Positions 28,908 through 38,478 of a DNA stretch of 64,000 bases are shown here, one piece after another. Made by a program: the position numbers and the translations under genes. The stretch lies in contig CAYRYE010000001.1 in the NCBI GenBank assembly GCA_964428655.1, positions 9,328-73,327 of the forward strand, written 5' to 3'. Source of the stretch: an uncultured Gammaproteobacteria bacterium. Lineage in GTDB: Bacteria; Patescibacteriota; Microgenomatia; UBA12405; JAHJSD01. The notes below the pieces were generated by a model. It saw nothing but the letters and a program-made list of their open reading frames with translations, was not told the origin of the DNA and did no database searches. Numbering within the stretch: position 1 is the first letter of the stretch; the number at the start of each line of letters is the position of its first letter.

Positions 28908-30839
28908 TTACTTTTGTTGCTTAGCCCTTGGAGATTTAGAAGCAAGTTTAATTATTTTTTCAAATTCTTCTCGTTCTAAAGTTTCTTTTTCAAGAAGTTT
29001 TTTGGCGACTCTGTCAAGTTGAGAGTGGTGTTTTCGGAGAAGCTGCTGAGCTTTTTGGTGACATTTGTCAACAATTTCTTTAATTTCTCTATCTATTTTG
29101 GCTTGCATTTCAGGCGAGACTTCTTGAGGTCTGATGAATGATTGGCCCCATTCAGCGATATCAATTTGGGGGCCTAAGTAAAGAGGTCCTAAGGAACTCA
29201 TGCCGTAGTTAATTACCATTCGTCGAGCAATTCTGGTTGCTTGCTGGATGTCGACACTGGCGCCGGAGGTTATTTCGCTAAAGATTATTTCTTCAGCTGC
29301 TCTGCCGCCCATTAAAGTAGTAATTTGCGATAGAAGGCGAGTTTTGTCTTCATGAACTCGATCTTTTTCTGGCGGCATAAGGGTGTAGCCTAACGTTTGG
29401 CCTCGGGAAATAATTGAGATTCTTTCTACTGGGTCCATTTTTGGAGAATGAAAACTGGTTACAGCGTGACCGGCTTCATGATAGGCAGAAATTTTCTTTT
29501 CCTCTTCCGAAATAATCCTTTTTTTCTGAGGCCCCAGTTTTATTTTTATCATTGCTTCTTCGATTTCCTTGACAGTAATAGCTTTTTTGTTAGCTCTGGC
29601 GGCTAAAATGGCTGCTTCGTTAAGCATGTTTTCCAAATCAGCTCCGGAGTAGCCAACTGTTCTTCTGGCTGTTCTCGGCCAAGAAACGCTTTTGGTAAAA
29701 GGTTTGCCCTTGGCATGAAGTTTTAAAATTGCCTCTCTCTCTTTTAGGTCTGGCAGAGTTAAGGCGATTCTCCGATCGAAACGGCCCGGCCTGATCAGAG
29801 CTGAATCCAAAATGTCAGGTCTGTTTGTAGCTGCCAAAATAATGATTGTTTCATTGGGTTCTAATCCATCCATTTCTACTAAAAGCTGATTAAGGGTTTG
29901 TTCTCTTTCGCCGTGACCAGGTGTAGCTCCCAGGCCGCGAACTGCGCCGATAGCGTCAAGTTCGTCGATAAAAATAATGGCCCTTTTTGTCTTTCTTGCC
30001 GTAGAAAAGAGATCTCTGACTCTGCTCGCCCCGATGCCTACGAGCATTTCCATAAATTCTGAACCTGCCATATGAAGAAAGGGAACTTTGGCTTCTCCGG
30101 CTATTGCTCGAGCCATCAAGGTTTTCCCTGTTCCGCTAGGGCCGACCAGGAGAACGCCTTTTGGAGTTCGAGCACCTAATTTGTGATATTTGTTTGGGTT
30201 TTTTAGAAAATCAACAACTTCTTTTAGTTCTTCTTTGGCTTCTTCTAATCCGGCTACATCAGCAAAAGTGGCTTTGCCATTTCTTTTAAAATATTTTGGT
30301 TTTGATTTGCCAAAAGAAAAAAGGCTGGTTTGAGCTTTGCCCGCTTGTTTGAAAATGTACCAGAAAATAAAACCAGTTAGGGCCAATGGAGCGAAGGTAG
30401 CTATCAAGTTAGTAATGGTTTTAGTTAAGTCTTGATTGTCAATTTGGAGATTTATACTAGTAGGGTCAATTTCGGCATTATTAAGGATCTCGGTGAAACT
30501 AATCCCCGGCTCTTTTTGGCTCAGGACAACTTTATTTTCTCCAAGATAAAGTTGAATGTGATTATCGGAAATAATTGCTTTTTCAACTTCGCCATTTTTA
30601 ATTTTTTCTAGAGCTTGAGAAAGAGGAATTTCTTCTGTTGTTGGAGCAGAAAAAGTGATTAAGGCTGAAATTACATAGAGAATAAGAAAACCAATAATCA
30701 ATAATTGCCCCAATGTTTTTAGAGGAGGTGATTTCTTTTTCTTAGACCCTTTATTTTTTTTGTTCCGGCTAAGTTTTATTTTAAGCATTAGTGGCCATAA
30801 GTATAGCATACCTGGATGGTTTAGGTTATAATTAGTCAA
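28908..30839 (-). CDS. ftsH: ATP-dependent zinc metalloprotease FtsH
   Basis: Two N-terminal TM helices; AAA Walker [19 protein letters not shown]; Walker [10 protein letters not shown]; SRH; zinc motif HEAGHAV. Confidence 0.95.
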   Translation of the reverse strand: MTNYNLNHPGMLYLWPLMLKIKLSRNKKNKGSKKKKSPPLKTLGQLLIIGFLILYVISALITFSAPTTEEIPLSQALEKIKNGEVEKAIISDNHIQLYLGENKVVLSQKEPGISFTEILNNAEIDPTSINLQIDNQDLTKTITNLIATFAPLALTGFIFWYIFKQAGKAQTSLFSFGKSKPKYFKRNGKATFADVAGLEEAKEELKEVVDFLKNPNKYHKLGARTPKGVLLVGPSGTGKTLMARAIAGEAKVPFLHMAGSEFMEMLVGIGASRVRDLFSTARKTKRAIIFIDELDAIGAVRGLGATPGHGEREQTLNQLLVEMDGLEPNETIIILAATNRPDILDSALIRPGRFDRRIALTLPDLKEREAILKLHAKGKPFTKSVSWPRTARRTVGYSGADLENMLNEAAILAARANKKAITVKEIEEAMIKIKLGPQKKRIISEEEKKISAYHEAGHAVTSFHSPKMDPVERISIISRGQTLGYTLMPPEKDRVHEDKTRLLSQITTLMGGRAAEEIIFSEITSGASVDIQQATRIARRMVINYGMSSLGPLYLGPQIDIAEWGQSFIRPQEVSPEMQAKIDREIKEIVDKCHQKAQQLLRKHHSQLDRVAKKLLEKETLEREEFEKIIKLASKSPRAKQQK

Positions 30840-31510
30840 TGGTAGAAATTTATCGAGCTGCTAGCAAAAAGGCTAAGAAAAGTTCTCCAAAGAAAGCAAA
30901 ATCTCCTACCGTTCAATTTCGTAAAAAGGTCTACCGAGCAATAGGAAAAACTACTAACCCTTTGTCTGCTTTTGTGGCTCGGCCTAAAAAGATTAATTTT
31001 GAAAATCAACTTGATGGTGAGGAAATTCTTCTTCTTCTTCGCCGCCACCCAATTACACAGATAAAGTGGGTCCTTATAACAATAGCCATGATTCTTGCTC
31101 CTCTTGTTTTAACTCAATTTCCTTTGATTGATTTTCTACCGGGCAGATTTCGATTTATTACTATTTTGATGTGGTTTCTTTTAACTTTAGCCTTTATTAT
31201 GGAAAGCTTTTTAAGTTGGTATTTCAACGTCAATATTATTACTGATGAAAGAGTAATTGACATTGATTTTTACAACTTAATTTACAAAGAGATCTCTGAT
31301 GCTGAAATTGAAAATATAGAAGATGTTACTCTGATTCAGGGTGGAGTTTGGCAAACACTTTTTAATTACGGCTTGGTAATTATTCAAACTGCAGCGGAGA
31401 CACCCCAATTTGAGTTTAAAGATATTCCCAACCCAAGTTTAGTAGTAAATGTTTTGAAAAATATGCAGTTAGAAGAAAAACAGGAAGTATTAGAAGGAAG
31501 GATAAAATAA
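30839..31510 (+). CDS. Bacterial PH-domain (bPH_2, YdbT/YdbS-like) membrane protein
   Basis: DGEEILLLLRRHP entry motif, two TM helices, then a PH-like region. Confidence 0.6.
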   Translation: MVEIYRAASKKAKKSSPKKAKSPTVQFRKKVYRAIGKTTNPLSAFVARPKKINFENQLDGEEILLLLRRHPITQIKWVLITIAMILAPLVLTQFPLIDFLPGRFRFITILMWFLLTLAFIMESFLSWYFNVNIITDERVIDIDFYNLIYKEISDAEIENIEDVTLIQGGVWQTLFNYGLVIIQTAAETPQFEFKDIPNPSLVVNVLKNMQLEEKQEVLEGRIK

Positions 31511-31741
31511 ATGGATTCAGTCATTAAACTTATTCTTAATATCTCAGTTTGGGGAGTAGCCAAATTACTAGTTTTAATCGCTCTTTTAATCTATTTAATT
31601 TTTGCCGCTGTTGTTGTTCGTCAAATTTGTTTAATGACTCAAGTAGTTTCTGGGGAACTCGATTTGCCAATTAAAATTGCCGCCTGGCTTCATTTTTTCT
31701 TTGCCATCTTTATTATTCTCTTAGCAGTGGTAATTTTATAG
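31511..31741 (+). CDS. Small two-TM membrane protein (hypothetical)
   Basis: 76 aa, two hydrophobic helices; translationally coupled to the upstream gene (TAA-ATG overlap). Confidence 0.4.
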   Translation: MDSVIKLILNISVWGVAKLLVLIALLIYLIFAAVVVRQICLMTQVVSGELDLPIKIAAWLHFFFAIFIILLAVVIL

Positions 31742-31925
31742 TAGGACGGGCTTCTTTGGAGTTGTTGTCGGATTAATTTGGAATTGAAGTCTTTAATATT
31801 ACCAGTAATGAGAAGATTACATTTGTAATTGATGTCAGCTACCAAAATTAGCTTGATAACCTTCTAGAAAGCAGTTTTATAAGTGATATAATTAAAGCAA
31901 AGCTTATTTAATTTAAGGGAGGTAA

Positions 31926-32456
31926 ATGACAGAAGGAGGAGAGGTTGGAATAATTGTTACTAGACGTAGAGCTGAGCATTTAGCGGAAGAAGCAAGAGAG
32001 CGAGGGATTAAAGAGGGTAAAGAGGAGGAAAGACATGCAGTGGTTAGGAGATTAGGACCACGCAAAATACAAGATTTATCTAGACAGGTAGAGTTACTTA
32101 GGGAACTTTTATCATCGAATAAAATCTCTGGACTAGAAAGAGAACTTCGCGACCACCAATTAGCAGTGGCTGAAAACAGATTAATAGATCTTAAAAGAGC
32201 ACTTTTTATTAAAGTAGGTAGAGAGGGTTCTAACTTTGGTGATGCAGTTTCATACGACCCTGAAGAGCATGAATTGTTAGATGATGAAAGACCAGCGAAA
32301 GATGTTTCTGTTAATGTTCTTTTTCCTGGTATTTATGACAATGAGACAGAAGAGATTATTATCAAACCAGTTGTTACCTTAAAAGCATTTAGAAAGGAAG
32401 AAATAGCTCTACACGATTATTATGTAGAATTAGCTAAAAAAAAAGGTTGGATTTAA
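31926..32456 (+). CDS. grpE: GrpE-like nucleotide-exchange-factor protein (tentative)
   Basis: AENRLIDLKRAL resembles the GrpE LLPVIDNLERAL helix. FGDAVSYDPEEHELL resembles GxxFDPxxHEA. The size, 176 aa, fits. A strong AGGGAGG ribosome-binding site is upstream. The coding composition is more G/A-rich than neighbours. No dnaK is adjacent. Confidence 0.45.
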   Translation: MTEGGEVGIIVTRRRAEHLAEEARERGIKEGKEEERHAVVRRLGPRKIQDLSRQVELLRELLSSNKISGLERELRDHQLAVAENRLIDLKRALFIKVGREGSNFGDAVSYDPEEHELLDDERPAKDVSVNVLFPGIYDNETEEIIIKPVVTLKAFRKEEIALHDYYVELAKKKGWI

Positions 32457-32558
32457 TATAATTAGTTCTAACACCTACGAAAAGGCCGATATCTTTTTAA
32501 TTTGTTAATTCGTAGCATATTTTAATTTTATGTAAGAAAGAATTCTTTGTAACTTTTT

Positions 32559-34334
32559 TCAACCTTTTTTTATTGTTGGTTCTATTAGTTTTAGAGTAGT
32601 GTTGGGATAAACCTGTTTGAATTGTTGCCAAGAGGTGCGGTTTTTGCCTTCGAGTTGGATTTCGTCAGGAATAAGTTTGCCTTTTTCTAAATGGGCTTGC
32701 CAGATTTTGAGACGGAGTTTTTTACCTTTAATTTTCACGAAGGTGTAAGTGCCTGGAGAGGGATTAAAAGCTCTAATTTGGTTTAAGATTTGTTTGACTG
32801 GTTTTTTCCAGTCAATTTCTGCTTCTTGTTTATCAATTTTTGCCGCAAACGTTGCTTTTGTATGATCTTGTGGTTTCATGATCCAAGAACCTGGTTTTTT
32901 GACCAAAATGTCTGGCTTAAAAAGTTGGATAAATTTTTTAGTGCCCATCTCAAAAAGCCTTTTGATTAGTTGACCACTGGTTTCGTCAGTTTTAATTTTG
33001 GTTTTAGTTTGAATGATGATTGGACCTGCATCCATTTCTTTGATGATTTTAAAAATTGTGATTCCTGTTGTTTTGTCACCAGTTTTAATGCTTCTGATCA
33101 CTGGTGCCGCCCCTCGCCATTTAGGAAGCAAAGAAGGATGAAAGTTGATAATCATGCCGAACCAGTCAAGCCATTCCTGAGGAATTAAATTGCCATAAAC
33201 GGCAACTATTCCCAAAATCGGTTTCTTCTTTAATTTTTTTTCTGTTTTTTTTAGTGTTTCATGATTTAATTTTTCCCATTTAGCAACAGACAGTTTTTTT
33301 TCTTGACAAAATTGGGCAACTGGCGTTGGCGTTAATTTTTGACCTCGGCCGGCTGGCCGGTCAGATTTGGTAATGACAAGATCGATTTTTATTTTTTCTT
33401 TTAGCAATGTTTTTAAGATTTCTACGGATTCTTGGCTAGAGCCAAAGAAAACAATTGGCTGGGTTTGAAGCGTTTTCTTTTTCGTGTAGCTAAGAATTAT
33501 TTTTTTGGCCTTTTTAGTTGCTATTTTTTTACCTCGAACCAAGGCTGTTGGGCCAATGAAATTAGCCGGTTGGATTAAAATGTCTTTTGGTTGGGATAAA
33601 TTCTCTAAACTTCTATTTTCTTCTTCATTTCGGCCAATGATAATTTTGGTTTTGCCGATCCAAAAATGACGGCCAATTTTTAGTAATCCAGCGTCATTAC
33701 CGCTAAAGCTCGGTTTTTCTTCTTTGAGTTCAAACAATTTTTTGGCAAATTTTATTTCGGTTAAAATACAACCGCCAGCAGGTTGAGGATATTTTAAATC
33801 GATTTTTTTTGCTAGGGCAATTTGTTTTTTCCTACTTCGACCGTGGATGTCTAATAATTTTTCCCGATTGACCCATTTTTTTTCTTCAGGAAGAGTAGGA
33901 GAAAGAAGTTTGGCTGAAAGTGGGCGAAGTAATCGTTTACCCAAACCGGTTTTTTTAGCGATTATATCCAGTGCTTGCCTGTTTTGGGAAAACGGCCTTT
34001 GGCCTAAAACCTCACCAGTAATAACAAAATCAAAACCTTCTTTTTCTAAGATTTTTCTAGCCGTTTTCAGCATCAATAAGTGACAGTCAATGCACGGATT
34101 ACTAGCTTTGCCGTAGCCATATTTTGGCTTTTTAACTATTTCTAAATGTTCGTCTGAAAAATCAATAACTTGATAGGGAATTTTGAGCTGTTTAGCTGCT
34201 TTAATTCCTTTTTCTGGGTTGAAGAAGTAACTTTGGAAAATTAGAGCTTTAACTTTAAGATTTTGCTTTTTAATTAACCAAGCAGCTAAACTGGAATCTA
34301 AACCACCAGAAAGCAACACTAGTACTTTTTTCAT
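32559..34334 (-). CDS. fmt: Bifunctional fusion: N-terminal PP-loop tRNA thiolase-like domain (ThiI/MnmA-type) + C-terminal methionyl-tRNA formyltransferase
   Basis: N-terminal PP-loop LLSGGLDSS, SNPCIDCH, and ITGEVLGQRPFSQNRQALDII...RLLRPL (ThiI-like GExLGQVASQTLxNL...RPL). From about residue 290: Fmt N-domain IVFFGSSQESVEILKTLL...VITKSDRPAGRGQKLTPTPV and catalytic HPSLLPKWRGAAPV. 591 aa, continuous frame. Confidence 0.7.
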   Translation of the reverse strand: MKKVLVLLSGGLDSSLAAWLIKKQNLKVKALIFQSYFFNPEKGIKAAKQLKIPYQVIDFSDEHLEIVKKPKYGYGKASNPCIDCHLLMLKTARKILEKEGFDFVITGEVLGQRPFSQNRQALDIIAKKTGLGKRLLRPLSAKLLSPTLPEEKKWVNREKLLDIHGRSRKKQIALAKKIDLKYPQPAGGCILTEIKFAKKLFELKEEKPSFSGNDAGLLKIGRHFWIGKTKIIIGRNEEENRSLENLSQPKDILIQPANFIGPTALVRGKKIATKKAKKIILSYTKKKTLQTQPIVFFGSSQESVEILKTLLKEKIKIDLVITKSDRPAGRGQKLTPTPVAQFCQEKKLSVAKWEKLNHETLKKTEKKLKKKPILGIVAVYGNLIPQEWLDWFGMIINFHPSLLPKWRGAAPVIRSIKTGDKTTGITIFKIIKEMDAGPIIIQTKTKIKTDETSGQLIKRLFEMGTKKFIQLFKPDILVKKPGSWIMKPQDHTKATFAAKIDKQEAEIDWKKPVKQILNQIRAFNPSPGTYTFVKIKGKKLRLKIWQAHLEKGKLIPDEIQLEGKNRTSWQQFKQVYPNTTLKLIEPTIKKG

Positions 34335-34349
34335 TATTGATGACCAAGT

Positions 34350-34421
34350 GGCAGGGGAGGGAGTCGAACCCTCGGCCTTCGCCTTATGAAAGCGCTGCTC
34401 TAACCACTGAGCTACCCTGCC
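34350..34421 (-). tRNA. tRNA with CAT anticodon (elongator Met or lysidine-modified Ile2)
   Basis: Reverse complement GGCAGGGTAGCTCAGTGGTTAGAGCAGCGCTTTCATAAGGCGAAGGCCGAGGGTTCGACTCCCTCCCCTGCCA. 7-bp acceptor, T-arm GAGGG/TTCGACT/CCCTC, anticodon loop TTCATAA. Confidence 0.85.
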
Positions 34422-34497
34422 TTCGCAACCTCACTGCTTCGGTAGGCAGGTTTGCCTTTTTTTATGGCTTGCTTGCCATAGTTTTAGCGAAGGTGGG

Positions 34498-34571
34498 TGG
34501 ACCCGAGCGGAGTCGAACCGCTGACCTTCCGGATGCAAACCGGGTGCTCTAACCAACTGAGCTACGGGCCC
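34498..34571 (-). tRNA. tRNA-Ala (TGC)
   Basis: Reverse complement GGGCCCGTAGCTCAGTTGGTTAGAGCACCCGGTTTGCATCCGGAAGGTCAGCGGTTCGACTCCGCTCGGGTCCA. G3:U70 Ala identity pair; anticodon loop TTTGCAT. Confidence 0.9.
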
Positions 34572-34623
34572 TCCGATTCGGAGGGCTTGCCCGCCAAACC
34601 GGAGGGCGGGCCCTTACAATTTG

Positions 34624-34693
34624 TTGCGGGGCCAGGAGTTGAACCTGGTCTGTGAGGTTATGGGCCTCACGTGCAGCCGTACACCACCCCGCG
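34624..34693 (-). tRNA. Initiator tRNA-fMet (CAT)
   Basis: Reverse complement CGCGGGGTGGTGTACGGCTGCACGTGAGGCCCATAACCTCACAGACCAGGTTCAACTCCTGGCCCCGCAA. C1xA72 mismatch at the top of the acceptor stem; CGCGGGG start identical to E. coli tRNAfMet; anticodon loop CCCATAA. Confidence 0.85.
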
Positions 34694-34720
34694 GCATGTA
34701 CTGATATTTTATTGTTAAAG

Positions 34721-35086
34721 CTAAAGATTGTCAAATTTAAACTCTGTTCCTATGAATAATTGCCACCATTGTTGCCAGGGAGCGAGAGATTCAAACATTT
34801 GTCCTTTGGATTGGAGTAGAGATAGATTTGGAATTGTAGGTAGAACCAAAATAATTTCATTATCATGAGTCATTCCTAGTTTTTCTCTTGCCTCTCGAAG
34901 AATAAACTCTTCAGTTTGATAGTATTCCTGCTTTTGGGTTAAAAATTGATTTTCTTCTTGAAGTTGATTTAACTCGTTTTGCATTTCCTTGAGCTTTCTC
35001 TTTGCCTTATACCAGGTACGAACCCTTTGGTTTAAACTAATAACCAAACTTAAAAGGATGACTGGTAGAATTAACTTCTTAACCAT
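34721..35086 (-). CDS. ftsB: FtsB/DivIC-like septum-formation initiator (TM + coiled coil)
   Basis: N-terminal TM; heptad-rich LKEMQNELNQLQEENQFLTQKQEYYQTEEFILREAREKLGM is a typical FtsB/DivIC motif. Confidence 0.65.
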   Translation of the reverse strand: MVKKLILPVILLSLVISLNQRVRTWYKAKRKLKEMQNELNQLQEENQFLTQKQEYYQTEEFILREAREKLGMTHDNEIILVLPTIPNLSLLQSKGQMFESLAPWQQWWQLFIGTEFKFDNL

Positions 35087-35132
35087 TTCAATACTTGCAT
35101 GAAGCCCGACCCCATGATATTATAAGCTAATT

Positions 35133-35996
35133 ATGAATTCAGAACTGGCTTTGGAAAATGCAATTGGGAAATTTATTTCTCATTTAGAATCTTTAAAGCG
35201 CTCCAGTAATACGATTGTAGCATATAGGGGCGACTTGAGTCAGCTTGTTGATTTCCTGAAAGGGCAAACAATAGATTTACTAACTCAGGTTGAAACTAGC
35301 CATATTGAAGAGTTTAAAAAGTACTTGACCAAGAAAGGCTATACCCCAAAATCTATCTCCAGGAAGTTAAATTCAGTAAAAAGCCTTTTTAGGTTTTTGG
35401 TTGAGGAGGGAATTCTAGATAGAGATCTTTCCAGAGCAGTTAAACACCCTAAGATCAAAAATGACTTGCCTCGGATACTAAAATCCATAGAGTATCGAGC
35501 CTTACGAGATGTTTGTCGTCATGACAAAAGGACTTTAGCTATTACAGAGCTGATGCTCCAGGTAGGTTTAAGAATTAGCGAGGTGGCCAGTTTACAGTTA
35601 GAAGATGTTGAGGCTGATAACTTGATAATTAGGGCTTATGAAAGCCATTCGCAGAGAAAAGTGCCTTTAAATCGGGCCGTTAAAGAAGCAATAGGAACCT
35701 ACCTAAAAGAACGTTATCAATCAAGATATAAGTTTTTGTTTGTTACTAAAACCGGAAAACAACTCTTGGTAAGAAATATTAGAAGTATTCTTAATCGCTA
35801 TTTTGATAAGGCAGGTCTGCAGGGTGTGAAAGTAAATGATCTTCGCAACACTTTTATTGTTGAACAGTTGTCAGCGGGGGTACCCTTGGACATAATTAGT
35901 AAAATCGTTGGTCACAAAAGGCTTTCCACCACGGAAAGATACTTAAACATGGTTGAAAAGTCAGAAAAAGAAGGAATCAGTCTCAAAGAATTGTAA
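35133..35996 (+). CDS. xerD: Tyrosine site-specific recombinase (XerC/XerD family)
   Basis: Core-binding N-domain; catalytic ...LRISEVASLQLEDV..., HKRLSTTERYLN (the R..H..R..Y tetrad is visible); 287 aa, typical Xer size. Confidence 0.8.
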   Translation: MNSELALENAIGKFISHLESLKRSSNTIVAYRGDLSQLVDFLKGQTIDLLTQVETSHIEEFKKYLTKKGYTPKSISRKLNSVKSLFRFLVEEGILDRDLSRAVKHPKIKNDLPRILKSIEYRALRDVCRHDKRTLAITELMLQVGLRISEVASLQLEDVEADNLIIRAYESHSQRKVPLNRAVKEAIGTYLKERYQSRYKFLFVTKTGKQLLVRNIRSILNRYFDKAGLQGVKVNDLRNTFIVEQLSAGVPLDIISKIVGHKRLSTTERYLNMVEKSEKEGISLKEL

Positions 35997-36011
35997 TAGG
36001 AAGCTTTTTTC

Positions 36012-38354
36012 TCATACTTGGGAACGACGAGTGATTTCTGCCTCTACCACTGAAGCAGGCTGGCCATATTTTAAGACGCTTAATCTTTTAATAGTTTTAG
36101 CCAATTTGGGATTTCTTCTTTTTTTCTCAATTTCTATATCCTTAGTGGTATCCATGGAAAATGGCAGTACGGGCTCGTTATCGATAACTGTTTTTATGTA
36201 AGCATGGAACCGTTCTACGTTAAGAAGATCTTGTTCGCTAAAGACAGGTTGGAATTCACGAGCCAAGTAATTAGCATCAGAAACACCAACCTGAAAAGAC
36301 ACCACTGTTCCCACATTGCCGAAAATGGCATTTTTAACCTCTTCTTCCATTTGGCCAATAAATTGGTTGGCTACGGTAAGATTCAGGCGATACTTTCTGG
36401 CCTCGGAGAGAATTTGGGCAAAATCAGGGGTAGCAAAGTTTTGAAACTCATCAACATAAAGATAGAAATTGCGCCTCTGATCTTCCGGTATATCTTGGCG
36501 GCTCATGGCGGCCATAAGGATTCTGGGAACTAGGATTAGTCCCAAGAAGGAAGAATTTTCTTCGCCGATTTTTCCCTTAGCCAAGTTAATAATTAAAATT
36601 TTGCCCTCGTCCATTACCTTGCGGAAGTCAAAAGCTGATTTTGATTGACCGATGATGTTGCGCATCATTTTGTTAGTTACAAATCGGCCGAATTTGGAAA
36701 CAATGTAATCCAATGTTTCAGATTTGTGAAACTCAGCAGTATGGGCGATTTGTTCGGTCCAGTATTCTCTAACAATAGGGTCTTTTACTTTTGGTAGAAT
36801 TCGTTGTAGATATGGCCCGCCTGGATTTTGAAGAATTTTTACCACTTCCATAAAAGTTGTTCCTGGCACACTCATGGCAGTTAGCATGGCGTTTCTGATC
36901 GCATGTTCAAACCGGGGGCCAACAATACCGGTTTTATACGGATCGTAAAGTTTGTACATCAGATTGATTATTGCGGCAGAGACGAAGTGTTTTTGATCTT
37001 CAGTTTCTACTTCTAAAAGGTTAAGTCCAATTGGTCTTTCTGTTTCTGAAGGATCAAAATAAATTACATCTTCGGCCCTCTCGGGAGGGATGTATTCTAG
37101 AATTTGTTCGGCCAAATCATGGGGGTCGATTAAACAAATCCCTCTACCTGCTTTAATATCCTGGATAAGCATTTCCTTCATTAACTCTGTTTTGCCTGCG
37201 CCTGTTTTGCCGATAATGTAGAAATGTCTCTGCCGATCTTTTTCCTGGATATAGATTGGCTTTTCCACTCCTCGGTAACCGCTTTTACCTAAATACAAAC
37301 CAGATTCGGGAAGATTGGACGGCGGCGGAGCGGGTTTAGCTTTCAGACAGTAAACATTAGGAGTTTCTACTGTTTTATTGGGGAGATGGAAGATTGAAGC
37401 CAGTTCTTCGCTGTTTAAAATGGTTTTTATATTTCGCCAGATAATTGGTTGATAGCGGTAAATAAAGTCAATCATAAAAGAATAACGGAAACGGATTTTC
37501 TTTTCCGAAAAACCATTCCAAGGAGATTCAAATTGAGCAAAACTTGATTTGATGTTGTTGAGCTTGGCTTTAGCAATATCCATTGTTGGAGCGCAAACAA
37601 CAATTCTGATTGAAGTTTCGAATCCTGGTTTACTGCACTTGGACTCGATCGCTTCCAAAGTTCGAGCGTCCACTTTAAAACTGGCTTTTTCTGGGTCAGC
37701 CTCTTGTTTTTTGGTGTCACTGACATATGTTTTGCCTGACTTTTGCCAGTTGATATCAGTTGGGCTTATTAAAATCTGGATGGCCGCTCCCTCGTTTTCT
37801 TCTAATTTAGCCATAGCGGAAGTGATTGCTGAAAGAGGATCAGTGGGAAGATCTTTGTAGGTTTTTAAAGGATAAAAGGATTCTTTTTTAAACTTTAGCC
37901 AGGCGTAGCTAATTTTTCCGCTTTTGGAAAAGATATTATACTCATCGACTTCTTTTATCTCGGCATCAGGGTAGCCGCCATGAATTTGCCGCTCTACTAA
38001 TTCGCGCAGTTTTTGAGAGCAGGAGACAAAGAATTTAATTTCTCCATCAGTACTGACGATCTCAAAAGAAATATGGGGTTGACTTTTAAGGAATTTAAAT
38101 TTACCTCCGGTTTTGATTGAATAGAGAGAGGCCATTATTTGTTCCATGGCATCGATTTTCGTCTCATTGTCTCGGGGAACAGCGATTCTAAACAGGACGG
38201 ACTTTAAAGCCTCTTCTTCTCTTTTACGCCATCGCCACCAAAGAACAAAACTATAAAATAATAATCCAAGACCCAATAGTGTTATAACGGCAATTAAAAA
38301 GAGAACAATATAATAGAATAAGGTACTAGTTAGTTGGTTAACAGTTTGATCCAC
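36012..38354 (-). CDS. virD4: VirD4/TraG/TraD-family type IV coupling protein (FtsK/HerA-superfamily ATPase with N-terminal TM anchor)
   Basis: N-terminal TM helices; Walker A YIIGKTGAGKTELM; Walker B LYVDEFQNFATPDF; long N-terminal periplasmic/cytoplasmic domain as seen in other CPR-type coupling proteins. Confidence 0.8.
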   Translation of the reverse strand: MDQTVNQLTSTLFYYIVLFLIAVITLLGLGLLFYSFVLWWRWRKREEEALKSVLFRIAVPRDNETKIDAMEQIMASLYSIKTGGKFKFLKSQPHISFEIVSTDGEIKFFVSCSQKLRELVERQIHGGYPDAEIKEVDEYNIFSKSGKISYAWLKFKKESFYPLKTYKDLPTDPLSAITSAMAKLEENEGAAIQILISPTDINWQKSGKTYVSDTKKQEADPEKASFKVDARTLEAIESKCSKPGFETSIRIVVCAPTMDIAKAKLNNIKSSFAQFESPWNGFSEKKIRFRYSFMIDFIYRYQPIIWRNIKTILNSEELASIFHLPNKTVETPNVYCLKAKPAPPPSNLPESGLYLGKSGYRGVEKPIYIQEKDRQRHFYIIGKTGAGKTELMKEMLIQDIKAGRGICLIDPHDLAEQILEYIPPERAEDVIYFDPSETERPIGLNLLEVETEDQKHFVSAAIINLMYKLYDPYKTGIVGPRFEHAIRNAMLTAMSVPGTTFMEVVKILQNPGGPYLQRILPKVKDPIVREYWTEQIAHTAEFHKSETLDYIVSKFGRFVTNKMMRNIIGQSKSAFDFRKVMDEGKILIINLAKGKIGEENSSFLGLILVPRILMAAMSRQDIPEDQRRNFYLYVDEFQNFATPDFAQILSEARKYRLNLTVANQFIGQMEEEVKNAIFGNVGTVVSFQVGVSDANYLAREFQPVFSEQDLLNVERFHAYIKTVIDNEPVLPFSMDTTKDIEIEKKRRNPKLAKTIKRLSVLKYGQPASVVEAEITRRSQV

Positions 38355-38478
38355 GATAATAATTTCTAATTTCTAACCAAATCCCAATGACTCAATGCCC
38401 AATAACTAAAGTTTATTATTTTAATTTAATCATTAAGAATTGGATACTGGTCATTTTTTAGGTTAATTAGAAATTAAG

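Noticed and set aside
31742-31925. CIRCE/HrcA heat-shock operator upstream of the grpE-like gene
   Set aside because: No TTAGCACTC-N9-GAGTGCTAA inverted repeat is present; only a generic AT-rich region with a strong SD.
34337-34734. ORFs 34337..34552 (+) and 34549..34734 (-)
   Set aside because: They overlap the three tRNA genes. The peptides (e.g. ...GRESNPRPSPYESAALTTELP) are the classic translation of tRNA T-arm and acceptor sequences.
34624-35996. Integrase-at-tRNA genomic island boundary
   Set aside because: The tyrosine recombinase lies on the 5' side of the tRNA cluster, separated by ftsB. I found no direct repeat of a tRNA 3' end. Its size and motifs fit chromosomal XerD at least as well as a phage or ICE integrase.
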